Positions 1-14,776 are shown, counted from the stretch's first letter. The stretch: DNA of 64,000 bases from Octopus sinensis (GCF_006345805.1 NC_043010.1:5332001-5396000), one strand, 5' to 3'. Made by a program: numbers and translations. The notes: generated from the letters alone by a model not told the origin.

Positions 1-129
1 ATCATCATCGTTATCGTTGTTGTCGTTGTCATCATCATTGTCACTGTCATAGTAGTTGTCATCGCTGTCGTTTTAATGAGAGAGCTTTTGAATGCAGTTA
101 TGATTGGACTGGCCCTTCACAACCCCAAA

Positions 130-400
130 TTGCTACACTCAGCATGCTCCTTCACCATCTTCTTTGTGATATTCAACATCCTGAAAAAAAAAACTCTAGC
201 ACTTCTGCCCACATTTTCTTTGGTCTCCTTCTTACACAGCAGCTGCCTTCCAGTTACATCATTTGACACTTCATCGTCCAACTATTGCTGGTGATATTCA
301 CCATATATAACCATACTAGTGCAGCCTTCGTTTGGAGAAAGAAACCCTTTCTTTACAACTGAAGAACATCCTGAACCTTTCTTATTCCATTGTTAATCTG
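130..400 (-). mobile_element. Decayed RTE-clade LINE 3' fragment
   Basis: Minus strand reads RRLH*YGY...KCQ...LEGSC...RRPKKMWAEVL, matching the RTE ORF C-terminus pattern RRLRWFGH...EG.R.RGRPRKTW.EV. Confidence 0.6.
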
Positions 401-431
401 GCACATATTTTAGAAAATTGTTTGATTGTTT

Positions 432-463
<32 letters not shown>

Positions 464-709
464 AATAGAGAGAGAAAGAAAGAGAGAGAGAGAGAAGCAG
501 ACAGACAGAAAGACAGATCGATAGATATATAGACAGATACATACCTATCTATCTATCTATCTATCTATCTATATATATATATATATATTATATATAAATA
601 TATATATTTATATATATATGTATGTGTGTGTGTGTGTATATATGTATATATATATATATATTATATAATATATATATATATCTATATATATATATATATA
701 TACATATAT

Positions 710-741
<32 letters not shown>

Positions 742-774
742 TTATATATATAAATATATATAAATATATATATA

Positions 775-831
<57 letters not shown>

Positions 832-1077
832 TATATAATATATATATATATATGTATGTATGTATGTATATGTATATGTAAGTTCTTCCTCTGAGGAAGG
901 AGCTGGTTTCTAGCAAAGATACAAAGCTTCATTTTTGGAATGTAGATAACAAAAACAATGTCATATTTTAAAGTTGAGAAAAGTCTTGCATGTTTTTACT
1001 GTTCCACTTGCAGATTGTATTTGTAATGTGTGAGCTAGTTGATTTCTTTTTCTGAAAAATCCTGGCTTATTCAAATT

Positions 1078-1113
<36 letters not shown>

Positions 1114-1379
1114 TGTGTGTGTGGGTAGGCAATGGTATTTTTTTTTAATGAAATTTTTGTGATATAGGTGTTAAAATTGTTTTAAAACCCAATACAATGT
1201 AAGTTGGAACTAAAGTAAATGCAGAAATAAAGAATGCAAAACAGTTTAAATTTTACATCATAGTTTGAGATTTTGATGTTAAAACACTTCTTTCACAAAA
1301 AAATTTGTTCAGATATATGGGAGACAAGCTTGTGTTATGTGCCTACTGGTATCGTTATAACAGCCAGTCATCTTTGTGC

Positions 1380-1780
1380 CATTCATATCAATTATTGATA
1401 GCTGATTTTCACTTATTAATGAAGATGTTCTTCTTAATCCTGAAATTACCAATATTCAGCTCTGTTGCTTTGACGGTAACATTTATGTGTTGTGTATGGC
1501 ATTTCTCCAGGTGTTTCTTTACTCTATTTATATGAACATATTCCTTAATGTGAATATGCAGCTTGCCAATATAGTCTTTCTGATGTAGGAGTTGCTTTTT
1601 TATTACAGACAACTTAATATACTACACAGGCCTTTAAAATCATACCCCTATTATTGATGAGGCAGTTGGCTAGCATGAACATTTCATTTCTCTTCCTTGG
1701 ACAATTCTCTCACAGGAATTTCTTCACGGAGGGACTGGAGGGTACCATCTTTATGTCGAATTATGTGTCAGAGGACCAAA
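1380..1780 (-). mobile_element. Decayed Penelope-like element, GIY-YIG endonuclease region
   Basis: Minus strand reads CVVY...DYIG..LHIHIKEY...VKKHLEKCH...FRIKKNIFINK*..AINN, the VVY/YIG...R.KEH...H...E..I...IN layout of Penelope GIY-YIG domains. Confidence 0.65.
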
Positions 1781-1782
1781 CT

Positions 1783-1835
<53 letters not shown>

Positions 1836-1980
1836 CAGACAATTAAGGCTGGTGAGCAGAACATAGGGAAATATCCAAGGGACCTTAAGTGGATTCATAG
1901 AGGATGGTGTTAAATATAATGTAGCCAATACAACAGCATAAACACAGACACATATGCACACAAACACTCACGCACACACT

Positions 1981-2013
<33 letters not shown>

Positions 2014-2032
2014 ACACACGCATACATGTATA

Positions 2033-2170
2033 TACAAGGGTGCTGAGAAGTTCCTAGCTCTGGGGAAAAGAAAATACAGGAGTATCAGTTAATCATGATA
2101 TTCAACATATTCCCCACTCAGATTCACATACTATTGAAGTGGTCCTTAGGTTTTTCTAAGCTCTGTGAGT
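2033..2170 (-). mobile_element. Partial mariner-derived MITE
   Basis: TIR TACAAGGGTGCTGAGAAGTTCCT; same family as 19681-19895 and 56173-56389. Confidence 0.6.
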
Positions 2171-3156
2171 GAACCAACTACTAGCTCCCATATTGTCTCT
2201 GGCTACTAAATTTTTACTTAAAAGGCTCAGTGGTGTAGCTAGAGAGCGTGCACTTAAAACAGCTCTTGACTTTTCCCCCATTCCAATATTGACTTATGCA
2301 GCAGACCCAAAAGTACTGCCCCACCCCATAAAAACGTTCCCCCTGTGAGGTGAACCACCCTCCCATCTCTGCCACCCCAGCTACACTACTAGCAAAACTT
2401 TGGTCAAAACAATGCTATGTTAAAAACAGTTTCCCAAAATGATCAAGAGTGAAACTGAATGTAAAACAACAGAGTTGTGAAATAAACTTCTTAACTGCAG
2501 AGCCAATTCTGAGATTGTTGTTTTGTTTCTTTCCAATTAAACCCAGAGAAAATAGACTTATGATTCAAAGACTCCTTAATCATGACCATCCATGTCTTCA
2601 GGAGTATCTGACACTCACATTTCTTAAGAATGTAGGGTGTAATTCGTGGGAGATTTGAAGGTTGTAATCCCTAATAGTCTTAAGGTTTTCTTAAAGGCTG
2701 ATGTGAAAGTATAATAGGTATATCATGCAAACAGTTTGTCAGTATGATTGGAAAGGTGATGGAAGATAGAGAGAGAGTGAAAGGAGAGAAAGGAGAGAGA
2801 GAAAGAGAAAAGGGAGGGATGTTTTGTGTTTGTATTAATGTCTGTTTATGATAGAATAGTAAATAAATGAATAAAACAAAGATAACAAATTAACAAAACA
2901 ACATTAAAAAACAAGAGGATGTGTATTAGATGCAACAAACAAGCACGTATGATAGTTGACAGCAAATGATGACTCACTGACAACTGAAGAAGAGAAAAAC
3001 TTAAGAAAAATGTAATGGATGGATAACATTCTATAGAACTAATAACAGCTATTAAACAAAAACAACAGCAACATTGAAAGCAATAACATGAATAACAAAT
3101 GGCATAACAAAGTGATGGCCGATTGTCGGTCGATTTCATGTATAAAAAGTAATAAG

Positions 3157-3180
3157 TTTATTTGAGATAGTTTCTTTATT
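3157..3180 (-). promoter_or_regulatory. Candidate distal polyadenylation signal (two AATAAA) with downstream GU-rich tract
   Basis: Minus-strand AATAAA at 3175-3180 and 3157-3162, followed on that strand by TTGTT-rich sequence (about 3110-3050). Confidence 0.3.
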
Positions 3181-3498
3181 AAAATAAAATGTACATCAAT
3201 ACAATTATTCGTTTATCTTAGAAATATAGAAAAAAATTTTTTTTTCAAAAATTCATAAAAAAATTTCCATAGCAATAACAACAGCACAATTCATTGAGAT
3301 AGAAATGAAAGCAAGAGATTTTTAAAATGCTTAAAGAATGTTTGGTCTTTTTTTATATGTAAATATTGTCAGTGTTCTTCTGTGTGCATGTATGTTTGTG
3401 TGAGATGCACACATGCATGCACACACATATTTATGTACATATGTATGCATATATACATACATATATATATGCATGTATATATATGCATATATATGTGC

Positions 3499-3531
<33 letters not shown>

Positions 3532-5975
3532 TATATATATGTGCATATATATATATATATGTATATCTATATATAAATATGTGTGTGTGTGTGTTAAAGG
3601 AAAACATCAAAAAAGCTTGTTTGCTATATGTGTTGAAATATTCAAAGAAATCTATAAAATACATTAGTCAGAGGTATGGTAAGTACAGATGCCATACAAG
3701 ATAGCTACTCAGTTATTTCATTAGAAAAATGCTTATTTATACCATACTTAAACTATCCATATAATGAATAATAAAAATGAACTGAGGGGAAACAACTTAA
3801 GAAGACCAATGACATAAATTTAAATAAATTTGTTAATGGATTATGGATTGAAATATGTTTAGAAAAATTTCTGAATTATTTGAAATTTCTGTTTTAGTAA
3901 GAAAAAGAAAAGTGAAAATAATTTGGAAAAATTAGCAATTAATTTTGCATAAATAATTTACATGCAAGATGAACCACATCTTTGCTTGCTGACAAGGGGC
4001 AGTAATAGACATATATTGGTCTTATAGAACATCAACATATATTAATCAATTCAAGCCTGTTTTGATCTTTTGACTGTAGTTTATGCATGACCCCCTAAAA
4101 TTATTTACATAATTTCATGCTATTAATCCACTAGAGATATTTCTTTAATTCCATTTGTTTTTTTCATAAGTCTTTTTCTAAATATAAAACTACTGTCAAG
4201 TCATCAAAGCAGGTCTTGGCAGAATATACTATGTTGCCAAAGTTCAATAAGCCTAAAACATGCTCATAGCCACCTAATTTACTGCAAAAGCAAAAGGATC
4301 GAATATTTGTTCCCCTTAAGCATGGGAAAAAATTTTGTGAAATTAATCCTTAATTTCTTAAAATTATTTCTCCTTTTCTTCCAGAGTTCCTTGCAATTAC
4401 TGCCAAACTTTTGTTTCTGAACAAAGGAAATTTGGATTATTTGAGAATATTTTGTTATGAAGTCATTCAGTGCGTTTACCTTTAACTTATTTATCAATTA
4501 AATCAGCTGATAGAAAATTGATTTTGTAATTAAACAAAGATTTAATGTCTAATGATTGCCAATAATCATGAATTGTACATGGAAATCTTTTATGAAATTA
4601 GATCATGTTCTTGGTTTTGTACACATATGTGAATAAGCTTTACTATATACAAAATGTAATATCTTCATGTATATGTATGTATATGTGTGTGTGTGTGTAT
4701 GTGTATGCATGTTTGATGTATGTATGTAGAGAGAGAGGTGGGGAGATCTATCCATAAAAATATATACATATTTACAAATATGTACATATATAAAAAACGC
4801 CAACCCATTTATATATATATATACATATATATACATACACACACACACACACAATATATATATATTTACAGTATGCATATAAACATATACAAATAACTTT
4901 GAACTAAATAGCAATCTCCTTGAGAGAACCATGTAAGAAAGTGAAAACATTTTGCCTAGATAACAATCGAATTTATAGAACGTAGATTGCTCTAAGTGTC
5001 AAGGATGTCGATCTAGGCTAAAATGATGGCATCAGCCATGAAATATCCAAAGAAGGCTTGATAGAAATAGACTCATGTATTTCATTTGAAAGCGTTTCTA
5101 TTCCCGCAGAAATCTGGCTGGAAATGGTACAAACCACTCACTTAAATTAAACTGTCATGTTCTAGATATCATTCTGAGAAAGTATGTACTTTCTGATTGT
5201 ATGTATGCATTAATGTGAGAGACTTGTAAGCTATAACACTGAAAGTATATATCTGTATACACATATATTTATTATATAGTGCTCAAACAACAATTAGCTT
5301 TAGTCTCAAAAAAAAAAATTCAATGATGTATGTCATATATAGATCGGAACAGCATGAATCTTGGCAACAGTATCAAGTCCACTGGACTCCTCCTACATAT
5401 TAATGTTCATATCAAATCTGAAGCTGTCCCTTACTTGAACCACAGTTCATTTCTCAACTGTCCAGTTATTGCTTGCAAATGCAGTCACATATTTCCAGCT
5501 AACAAAAATGGAGGTAAGTGTGGTCATCTGCTGCCAAAACCCATCTGTGAGTAAGATAAATGAGAATGGTGTATTCTAAGATGCTGTTACTCACACCACA
5601 CCATTATTGTATTACACCATTATTTCTCGGTGTATTGTCCGTTTTTAGAGGGAATATTTCTCAGCAGAACTTCTTTTATTTGTAGCATGAAGATAACCAG
5701 TGACATTTTTGGCATTATTTTCTATATTTATTTGGAAATCCTAGACGTCCCTTTCAATGAAATGTTCATGATAAAAACTATTATAAGGGAACTGGAATTC
5801 ATCAAACGTATGTACATATACTCACACACACCAACACACGTACATGCACGCACGCACGCACGCACACAAACACATATATGCACACACATATAAATATTGC
5901 ATACATACCATTCATATAAAAGTATATATACTTATGAGTGACTCTGTGTGTATGCGTATATATATACATGTGTGT

Positions 5976-6014
<39 letters not shown>

Positions 6015-6646
6015 CACATATATATATATGCATTTATATAAAAACACATATAAGCACACACATACATATTTATATATAGGTGTGTCTATATGCATGACTC
6101 TTGAACACCTACATACAGATATCTTCAAGTACAATTCTGTAGATGTTTATTAAGCAGCATCATACCAATACTCATGCATTCTGATATGTATGTGTGTGTG
6201 TGTATGTGTGTGTGTCTGTGCATGCATGGGTGTGTGCATGCATGGGTGTGTGCATGTATGGATGCATGAGTGTGTGTGTGTGTGCATATCTGCGTATATA
6301 TCTATGTACAAATATATACACACATACAAACAAACACACATACAGAGACACACACACACACAGACACACACACACACACAGACACACACACACATAGACA
6401 CACAGACACACACACTTATGTATTTCTGTAATACACTCCTGTTGCTCTTGAGAAATATTAATTTTCTCCTAGCTCTTATTCAGTGTTTCACATGCTAATT
6501 CCAGAGTGAATAGAGAAATGCACAGATATAAAGAATATGCACACAAAATGTCTATATTCGAATTTGTAGAGATTTCACCTTGCTTTCAAACGTAGCTCAG
6601 TTAGCTCATGTATGTGTGTGTGTGTGTGTGGGTGGGTGTACGTGTA

Positions 6647-6679
<33 letters not shown>

Positions 6680-6839
6680 ACACATATATATGTATTGTTG
6701 GATTGTATTAATGCAATAATGTGTATAATATATAAAGCATACAGTAATTACCAGCTGAGATTGATGTGCTAAAACAATTGTAGTGATTTGTGATCATGCC
6801 TCTTCATGCCATCTTCTCAGATTAAAATTATCTTGCACT

Positions 6840-6914
<75 letters not shown>

Positions 6915-7226
6915 TTAAGTAGTTGAATGAATTATCCCAGTATGGATAATTCGGTTAACCGATACCCGGGTAGAAAATTCATGTCAGAAAACACAGTTGA
7001 AGCTACATGCCAAGGGCAGAGATCACGTGCTTTCGTGTGGAAATTTGTGTGTTTTTTTTAACTATAAATAAATGAATAAATGTCTTTCCTATAAATAAAT
7101 GTCTTTCCTGATGAGAAGGTGGCATAATGCACCCCTTATTCCTTCGAAATTAGGAATATGCAGTCTTCGAAACATATGTCGAGAATAAAGGAATTTTGTT
7201 AAATCGTCGTTCGACTCCATTCTTTC

Positions 7227-7235
<9 letters not shown>
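6915..7235 (+). mobile_element. Short hammerhead-bearing element inserted in (TA)n (Penelope pseudo-LTR-like)
   Basis: About 320 bp of unique sequence flanked on both sides by (TA)n and containing a hammerhead motif. Confidence 0.5.
7104..7184 (+). ncRNA. Type-I hammerhead ribozyme motif
   Basis: TTTC-CTGATGA(7108-7114)-GAAG...CTTC-GAAA(7169-7172)-CATATG-TC-GAGA. Core intact, palindromic minimal stem III, GUC site, weak 4-bp stem I. Confidence 0.6.
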
Positions 7236-7269
<34 letters not shown>

Positions 7270-7614
7270 TATATATATATATGTTTATGCATGTGTATAT
7301 CCTTTATTTGTGAATTAACAATGCTACCAATGGTTACATGTAAAATTTTGCCATTTTCAAGCGTTACACTTAAGTATGTTGATAATCCATTTCCATGTTT
7401 GATTAAGCCTCTGTAAAGTCTCATATAATCATATATAGCTTCATCCAACATAGTAACAGGTTACCAACATTCTCAAGTGTAATGGTTGAAAATCGCGAAG
7501 GTTTTGCATGGAGTCATTGGTAGTATTGTTTATCCCAAAATAAAGAACATTTTTATCTATTCCTCAAAAGCAGTGTTAAACACTCTTTCTTACAGTTAGC
7601 CACTATCATATATG

Positions 7615-7678
<64 letters not shown>

Positions 7679-7754
7679 CATATATAATATACTCACGAAA
7701 TATACAGTTCTCCACATGCATGTATATGTATGTATATACATATATACATATATA

Positions 7755-7796
<42 letters not shown>

Positions 7797-8310
7797 TATA
7801 TATATACACACATCGATATCAGCAAGGTGGGTACAATGAAATTGCCATGGGGAGTGGAAAATTCCCTGTTTGCCAAAGAGGTGCATCAGGCATCAAAGTT
7901 AGAGAGTTGGCAGCTAGAGTAAATATTAAATGGATTCAGAAGGTTTATATGGAGGAATAAAAATAATGTATGGCTGGTTTGTTGGTTAGTTGGTTTGTGG
8001 TGAAGATGGTGAAATAGGAAGGAAATTGAGAAGTGTACATGTAAACAATCCTTAGTTGCCCATGTCCTTATCAACTGTATACCTTCATCACACACACACA
8101 CACAATATCTATTTAAACACCAACACAGTTTACTGCATGATCAACATATGTTGGTGATAATTTGACGTTGTTGCAATCACCTTGCATTTTGTTTGAATGC
8201 AATATTTAACTGTTGCTATATTTGTGTTGAAAATCTCTACCCTTGCTTCAAGTGATTCTCAAAAAAATAATTATGAATTTACTAGTAATTATTAAACTAA
8301 TATTTGGAAC

Positions 8311-8550
8311 TTTATTTCACATTGCTCCAGTTCACTCAGCTGTAGAAATGAGTTGCGACGTCACTGGTGCCAAGCTGTATCGACCTTTGTCTTTCCCTTG
8401 GATAACACTGGTGGCGTGGAGAGGGGAGGCTGGTATGCGTGGGCGACTGCTGGTCTTCCATAAACAACCTTGCCAGGACTTGTGTCTAGGAGGGTAACTT
8501 TCTAAGTGCAATCCCATGGTCATTCATGACCGAAGGGGGTCTTTACCCTT
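8311..8550 (+). mobile_element. 5'-truncated SINE with 10-bp target-site duplication, inserted in an older MITE
   Basis: TSD TATTTGGAAC at 8301-8310 and 8551-8560. SINE central motif TTTCACATTGCTCCAGTTCACTCAGCTGTAGAAATGAGT; CTTTACCCTT tail. Confidence 0.7.
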
Positions 8551-9053
8551 TATTTGGAACATAAATTAAAACGAAATTTTAATGGAAGGTTTTAAATTAT
8601 ATCACTTTTAACATGAAATTTTGTATCAAAGAAACAAGGGTGGTTTTAAACAAGTTGACAAAAGTGTTGGGCTCTACACCCATATTGAATACTTTATCAG
8701 TTCACGTTACCAGGTATTTCATGATTTCTTATCACTATACGCTTCAAGTATATGCTATACCTTGGTTGATTATCACTTATAGTTTTACCAGCTGCATTAT
8801 GGCTTTCCAATCTATATTTATTTTAATTTTCATTGCTCTAGTTTCTTCTATTGAGCCATTTGTAGATTTTGCACTGAATAATCACTTTTGCATGTGATGA
8901 ATTTATGTGTATGTATGCATACATATCTAATATGTGTATATATGCATGTGTGTGTACATACATATATATATAGACATATATGTATTGTGTATATATATAT
9001 ATATATATTTCATATATATACATATATATATATTAATATATATATACATACAT

Positions 9054-9086
<33 letters not shown>

Positions 9087-9163
9087 ATATATATATATAT
9101 TATATATATATATACAGAGAAACACACAACACACATGCACACACACAATATATATATACATAC

Positions 9164-9213
<50 letters not shown>

Positions 9214-9276
9214 ATATATATACAGAGAAACACACAAACACACATGCACACACACAATATATATATACATACATAA

Positions 9277-9337
<61 letters not shown>

Positions 9338-10195
9338 TATATATATATACAGAGAAACACACAAACACACAGGCACACACACATTCTTCACACCTACACA
9401 CAAATTAGTAAGCAGTAAAAAAAAAGCACATTAAAAGATCTCAAATGAGCATTTGTGAGGTATTAAAGTTTAGGATGTGAAAATATTTCTTTGTGTGTGT
9501 GTGTGTGTGTGTATGTGTGTGCTTGTGTACATGCGTGTGTGTGTATGTGTGTGCTTGTGTACATGCGTGTGTGTGTATGATCATATGTAATGTAAAAAAA
9601 ATTATTGGTGTAATATAATGAGCAATGATGATTAGGAGTAGGTAACTGAGATAAGGATGACACACTCACTTACCTTCAGGGAAAAATCAAATGAAAGAAC
9701 ACCTCCTAATCCAAATAATTCATCATTTTTCATACATACATTTATGTACACACACACATATATGTGTGTGTGTGCGTGTGTGTGTGTGTTTATATATATA
9801 TATGCATAGTGATGTGAATACATTTACATCTTCACATGTAATGTGTGTGTGAGTATATATATATATATATAATATATATATATATGCATATATATAAGTG
9901 TGTGTGTGTGTGTGTGTGTGTGAGTGTGTGTGTGTATATGTATTCTGATGTGAATACATTTACATCTTCACATGGGTATGTGAGTTATATATGTGTGTGT
10001 AAATGTGATGAAAAGAATCCAAAATCTAAGATTAATTACAACATGTGTGTAAAGTACGTAACTTGTATATAGATATGAACTGACATATGTATATATAGAT
10101 GTGTATATATATATATTAATATATATATATGTATGTAAATATTAGACACATATATATATATTATATATATACACATACATATATACATATGTATA

Positions 10196-10234
<39 letters not shown>

Positions 10235-10489
10235 TGTATGTGTGTGTGTATAAGTGTACAAACACACAGTCCCACACAGGTATAAATGCAGTTATATTCC
10301 TATCTGTAGAAATGCTTCAATACGTAAGTATTTATATATGAAAGAATATCTGCATTTATGTATATTTCCTTTGTTAACATTTCTGTATTTTCTCAGACAT
10401 ATTTATTCATAAATATACATCTCCTATTTTTATATATGTACACACATACCAAGTGCATTATGCTTGTGCACAATATACATACATAGTAA

Positions 10490-10521
<32 letters not shown>

Positions 10522-10678
10522 CTGTGTGTGTATTGTAAATAAATTGTAGCTGTCTTTCACCATTAATTGTCTCTGCTTTTCATAGTTTACTCACAGCTAT
10601 TGTCATATATATGTGGGTACACATATATAATATGAACTTAAACTTTTGTGTCTATCCAGGAGAAAAAAGAAATTCGTT

Positions 10679-10947
10679 TCACGTTGGTGAGTAAGGTAAT
10701 TTTGGTAATGCAGGTAAGGGTTTGATATAAGAAGTGAAACTGTTCTTTGTTGGTAAATTCCATGGTTGGGATGATATAGAACTCGTTCCTGTTACTCTGA
10801 TGGACTTTAGATCAATTACATCATTGCATGTAGTATTCTGACCAATTTTAGTTGGGTAACAGACCTTGACATTTATGTTAGAATCCCTGGGAAGACTAGA
10901 TGTCTTGCTTGAGTTCTGTGGTTGTTCAATTTGGCATAATTTGCGAC
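10679..10947 (-). CDS. Protocadherin last coding exon (cytoplasmic C-terminus ...SQPWNLPTKNSFTSYIKPLPALPKLPYSPT*)
   Basis: Acceptor TCATTTTCTTCAG|GT, open 269-nt phase-1 frame ending in TGA at 10681-10679. The ending resembles the PWNLP..NSFTSY.KPLPA.P tail I recall from octopus protocadherins (from memory, not a search). Confidence 0.88.
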
Positions 10948-11212
10948 CTGAAGAAAATGAGCTCTCTATAAGACACTTTCAGAGAAAAAATTGAGTAAAA
11001 AAATAAAAAAAAATAACAGTCTACTTTCTAGTTTAATTATTGCATAACAAATGGCTACATATATTCAACAAAGTACTGACAATCTAAATGTAAAGATGTG
11101 CTTTTAAAATTAAATTAACTTTTGCTTAAAACTAAACAGGAAAAATTTGCATAAATGAATTTCAATATATTCATTAAATTTATTATTATTATTATCATTA
11201 TTATTATTATTA

Positions 11213-11279
<67 letters not shown>

Positions 11280-11310
11280 CGTTGTTAATGTAGCATTACT
11301 ATTATTATTA

Positions 11311-11346
<36 letters not shown>

Positions 11347-11401
11347 CATTATTATTATTATTATTATTATCGTTGTTAATGTAGCATTACTATTATTATT
11401 A

Positions 11402-11433
<32 letters not shown>

Positions 11434-11833
11434 GTTATTATTGTTGTTGTTGTAAATGTTGTTACAAATATTAATGAAATATGAATATTGCCTATTTTGG
11501 AATGCAAATTTATGTAATATTAATGTTTTATTCATGTCATTTCTTGATTGATAATAAACAAAATATTTTACATTTCTAAATAACATACACACAAACAAAA
11601 AAAAAGAAAATGAAAAGAAAATGCTTTAGTTTATTTTAATTAAAAATTTCAATTTATCAAATTTTTATTTCAAGATATAATGAATTAAATAGTAGAAAGT
11701 TTATTTTCCTATTAAATATTTGCCTTCAGAAAATTTATATCTTTCTTTCTTTTTTTCTATGTAATTTTTAAGTTATTTTATTTTATTATTTTAATGAAAA
11801 TATATCTGAGTAAATATCTCTTTTATTACATAC

Positions 11834-11978
11834 CTAATAATTCTTGATAAAGTTGAGTGTTTCCCTCTTTCTGGCCTTGTCCTTTATCAATATGAGAAGA
11901 CATAGATTTTCGACAGAAATCATCTGAACTTGCTATCATATGTCCTTCTCTACCAATGTTAGAAGCCACAGTTGCCGC
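11834..11978 (-). CDS. Protocadherin coding exon 2 (cytoplasmic): AATVASNIGREGHMIASSDDFCRKSMSSHIDKGQGQKEGNTQLYQELL(G)
   Basis: Acceptor CTCTTGCCCACTTCTTACAG| and donor TAG|GTATGT. 145 nt, open in phase 0 to phase 1, which matches the phase-0 end of exon 1 and the phase-1 start of exon 3. Confidence 0.85.
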
Positions 11979-12313
11979 CTGTAAGAAGTGGGCAAGAGAT
12001 AGCAATATGGAGCCATGAAAAAATTTTTTTATATATGTTCAGCTATAATTTTAACAGCATCCAGTATAATAACCATTCACTGTATTTAATTGATTAATAA
12101 TTTAAAAAGAAAGAAAAAACAAAAACAATTATTATTCTATAGAAGTAATAATAATAACAATTATCAAATAAGCTAATAGTAGTAGAAGTAACCATAATTA
12201 ATCATGATGATTAATAATCATAATTATATGATTAATAATAATAATAATAATAATAATATAATAATAAAATAATAATAATAATAATAATAATAATTATAAT
12301 AAAAATAATGATG

Positions 12314-12360
<47 letters not shown>

Positions 12361-12361
<1 letters not shown>

Positions 12362-12915
12362 GCCCTGATGTAGTACCAAACAGTGGCTTTCATGGTTTCT
12401 GATCTTAACTGATTGGAAGTGTTATCATGTACATTGTTTTGTTTTGGTATAAAAGATGGGCTACAGCAAATATTCTGCTCAATACCACAGATTTGCTTGT
12501 CAGTTGTTTGACCTTAACCAGTTGACCATGTCCTTTGGTGGCTGACGATATGTACATCTTTGATCACAAGCAGAAGTAGTGGGGAAGCATCATAGCCTTG
12601 TGTTGAAAGGAATTCTTGGAGGTTTGGATAATTCACCTTAGGAAACATGGGGGATTCGTTCAACATCCTTAATCTTTATTCAGGGACCTTTTGAGCGGGA
12701 TGAGCTACTCAACCAGAAGAAAATTGTAACTGAGCCCCACCTGCAAGGTCATGCACCATTTATCTTGATATGAGATCACCCTGTCGCGCACATATGGTTG
12801 CAATGCATGTGCCTGGTGTACCCTTATCAGACTGGTACTCATGAGGGGCATACTGAGCTTCTTATATTTTACCCAAGTGTCACTTTGATGACATGCACTG
12901 CTCTCTCTCACTCAA
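12361..12915. mobile_element. ~550 bp interspersed repeat embedded in (AAT)n, copy 1
   Basis: Closely similar to 36983-37524. Both copies are flanked by (AAT)n. Confidence 0.8.
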
Positions 12916-12939
12916 TAATGATAATGATAATAATAAAGG

Positions 12940-14153
12940 GTTTCAATTTTTGGTACAGGCCAGCAATTTTGTAGGAGGGGTAAGTTGATTACATTGACCC
13001 CAGTGCTCAACTGATATTTATTTTATCAACCCTGAAAGAACGAAAGCTCAAGTTGACCATGGTAGAATTTGAACTCAGAACAAAATGCTTAGTGGAATTT
13101 TGTCTGGTCCCAAAAATTCCACTAAGCATTTTGTCCAATGGTCTAACGGTTTTGCCAACTTACTGCTTTATAATAATGATTTCGAATTTTGGCTCAAGAC
13201 CAGCAATTCTGAGGAAGGAATAAGATGATTACATCAACCTCAGTTCTCATCATCATCGTTTAACGTCCACTTTCCATGCTAGTATGGGTTGGACGATTTG
13301 ACTGAGGACTGGTGAACCAGATGGCTGCACCAGGCTCCAATCTGATCTGGCAGAGTTTCTACTGCTGGTTGCCCTTCCTAATGCCAACCACTCCGAGAAT
13401 GTAGTGGGTGCTTTTACGTGCCACCTGCCTGAGAGCCATCAGGCAGTACTGGCAACGGCCTCACTCAAATGGTGTTTTTTACATGCCACCTGCACAGAAG
13501 CCAGTCCAGCAGCACTGGCAACGACCTCACTCAAATGTTTTTTCATGTGGCCAGTCAGGCAGTACTGTACTGGTACCTGTTTTATGAACCCTCAAGGGAT
13601 GAAAGGTAAAGTCGACCTCAGCAGAATTTAAACACAGAAAGTGAAGATGGACAAAATACTGCTAAGCATTTTGCCTGGCATGCTGACGGTTTTGCCAGCT
13701 CAGCACCTTATCACCACTTTATTATAATGATTAAGATAATTATTTCAAGATTTGGCACAAACCTTGAAATTTTAGTTGGAGGTGGGTTGGTTGATAAAGT
13801 CGCTCTTCTCCCCCAGTACCTAACTGGTACTTATTTTATCAATCCTGAAAGGAGGAATTGACCATTGGGAGTTTTGAGCTCAAAATGTAAAGAGCTGGAA
13901 GAAAATGCTATTGAACATTTTGTACTGTCAGCTCATCACCTTTAATGGTTTCATATTTTGGCACAAGGCCAGTAATTCTGAGGGAAGAGGATTAGTCAAT
14001 ACCATTGACCCCATTACTTTACTGGTACTTTATTTTGCTGACCCTGGAGGAATGTAAGGTTGAATTTGAACCCAGAATGTCATCAGTCAAAAGAAATACA
14101 GCCAGACATTTTAACTGAAAATCTCTTGGATCTGTCAACTTATCAGCTTGATG

Positions 14154-14198
<45 letters not shown>

Positions 14199-14400
14199 TA
14201 ATAATAATAATAATAGTTTCTGATTCAGCTACAAGGACCACCAATTTGAGGAGGGGGAGATCATTCTATTTTATCATCCTCAATAAAGAGGAAAAGCAAA
14301 GTTGACCTTGATGGGATTCGAGCTCAAAATGTAAAGCTAGAACGAATACTGCAAAGCATTTTTTCCAAAACTCTAATGATTCTGCCAACTTGCTAGACAA
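12940..14400 (-). mobile_element. Cluster of decayed tRNA-derived SINEs (family B, MetaSINE-like central domain) with a nested (GAT)n-tailed SINE
   Basis: Repeated reverse complement of GACTTTGCCTTTCATCCTTTCGGGGTCGATAAAATAAGTACCAG. Nested family C element at about 13250-13560. Confidence 0.75.
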
Positions 14401-14417
14401 ATAATAATAATAATAAC

Positions 14418-14458
<41 letters not shown>

Positions 14459-14744
14459 TAATAATGATAATTATAATAATAATAATAATAATAATGATAA
14501 TAATAATAATGATAATAATAATAATGATGATAATAATAATAATAATAATAATAATGATAATAATAGCTATTTGACTTGACAACTGCTAAATGTTTGAATA
14601 ACAGTTTAAGTAAATGAAATAAATGTAATAAAATAAATATTATATATATCTGTGTATATATATCTATGTATGGTACTCTTGTTGAAGGTTATATATATGT
14701 ATATACACACTCATATATATGTATGTATATATGTATAAATCGTT

Positions 14745-14776
<32 letters not shown>

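Noticed and set aside
7233-7451. 72-aa ORF MLDEAIYDYMRLYRGLIKHG...
   Set aside because: Short, ends in a microsatellite, and has no recognisable domain or splice support.
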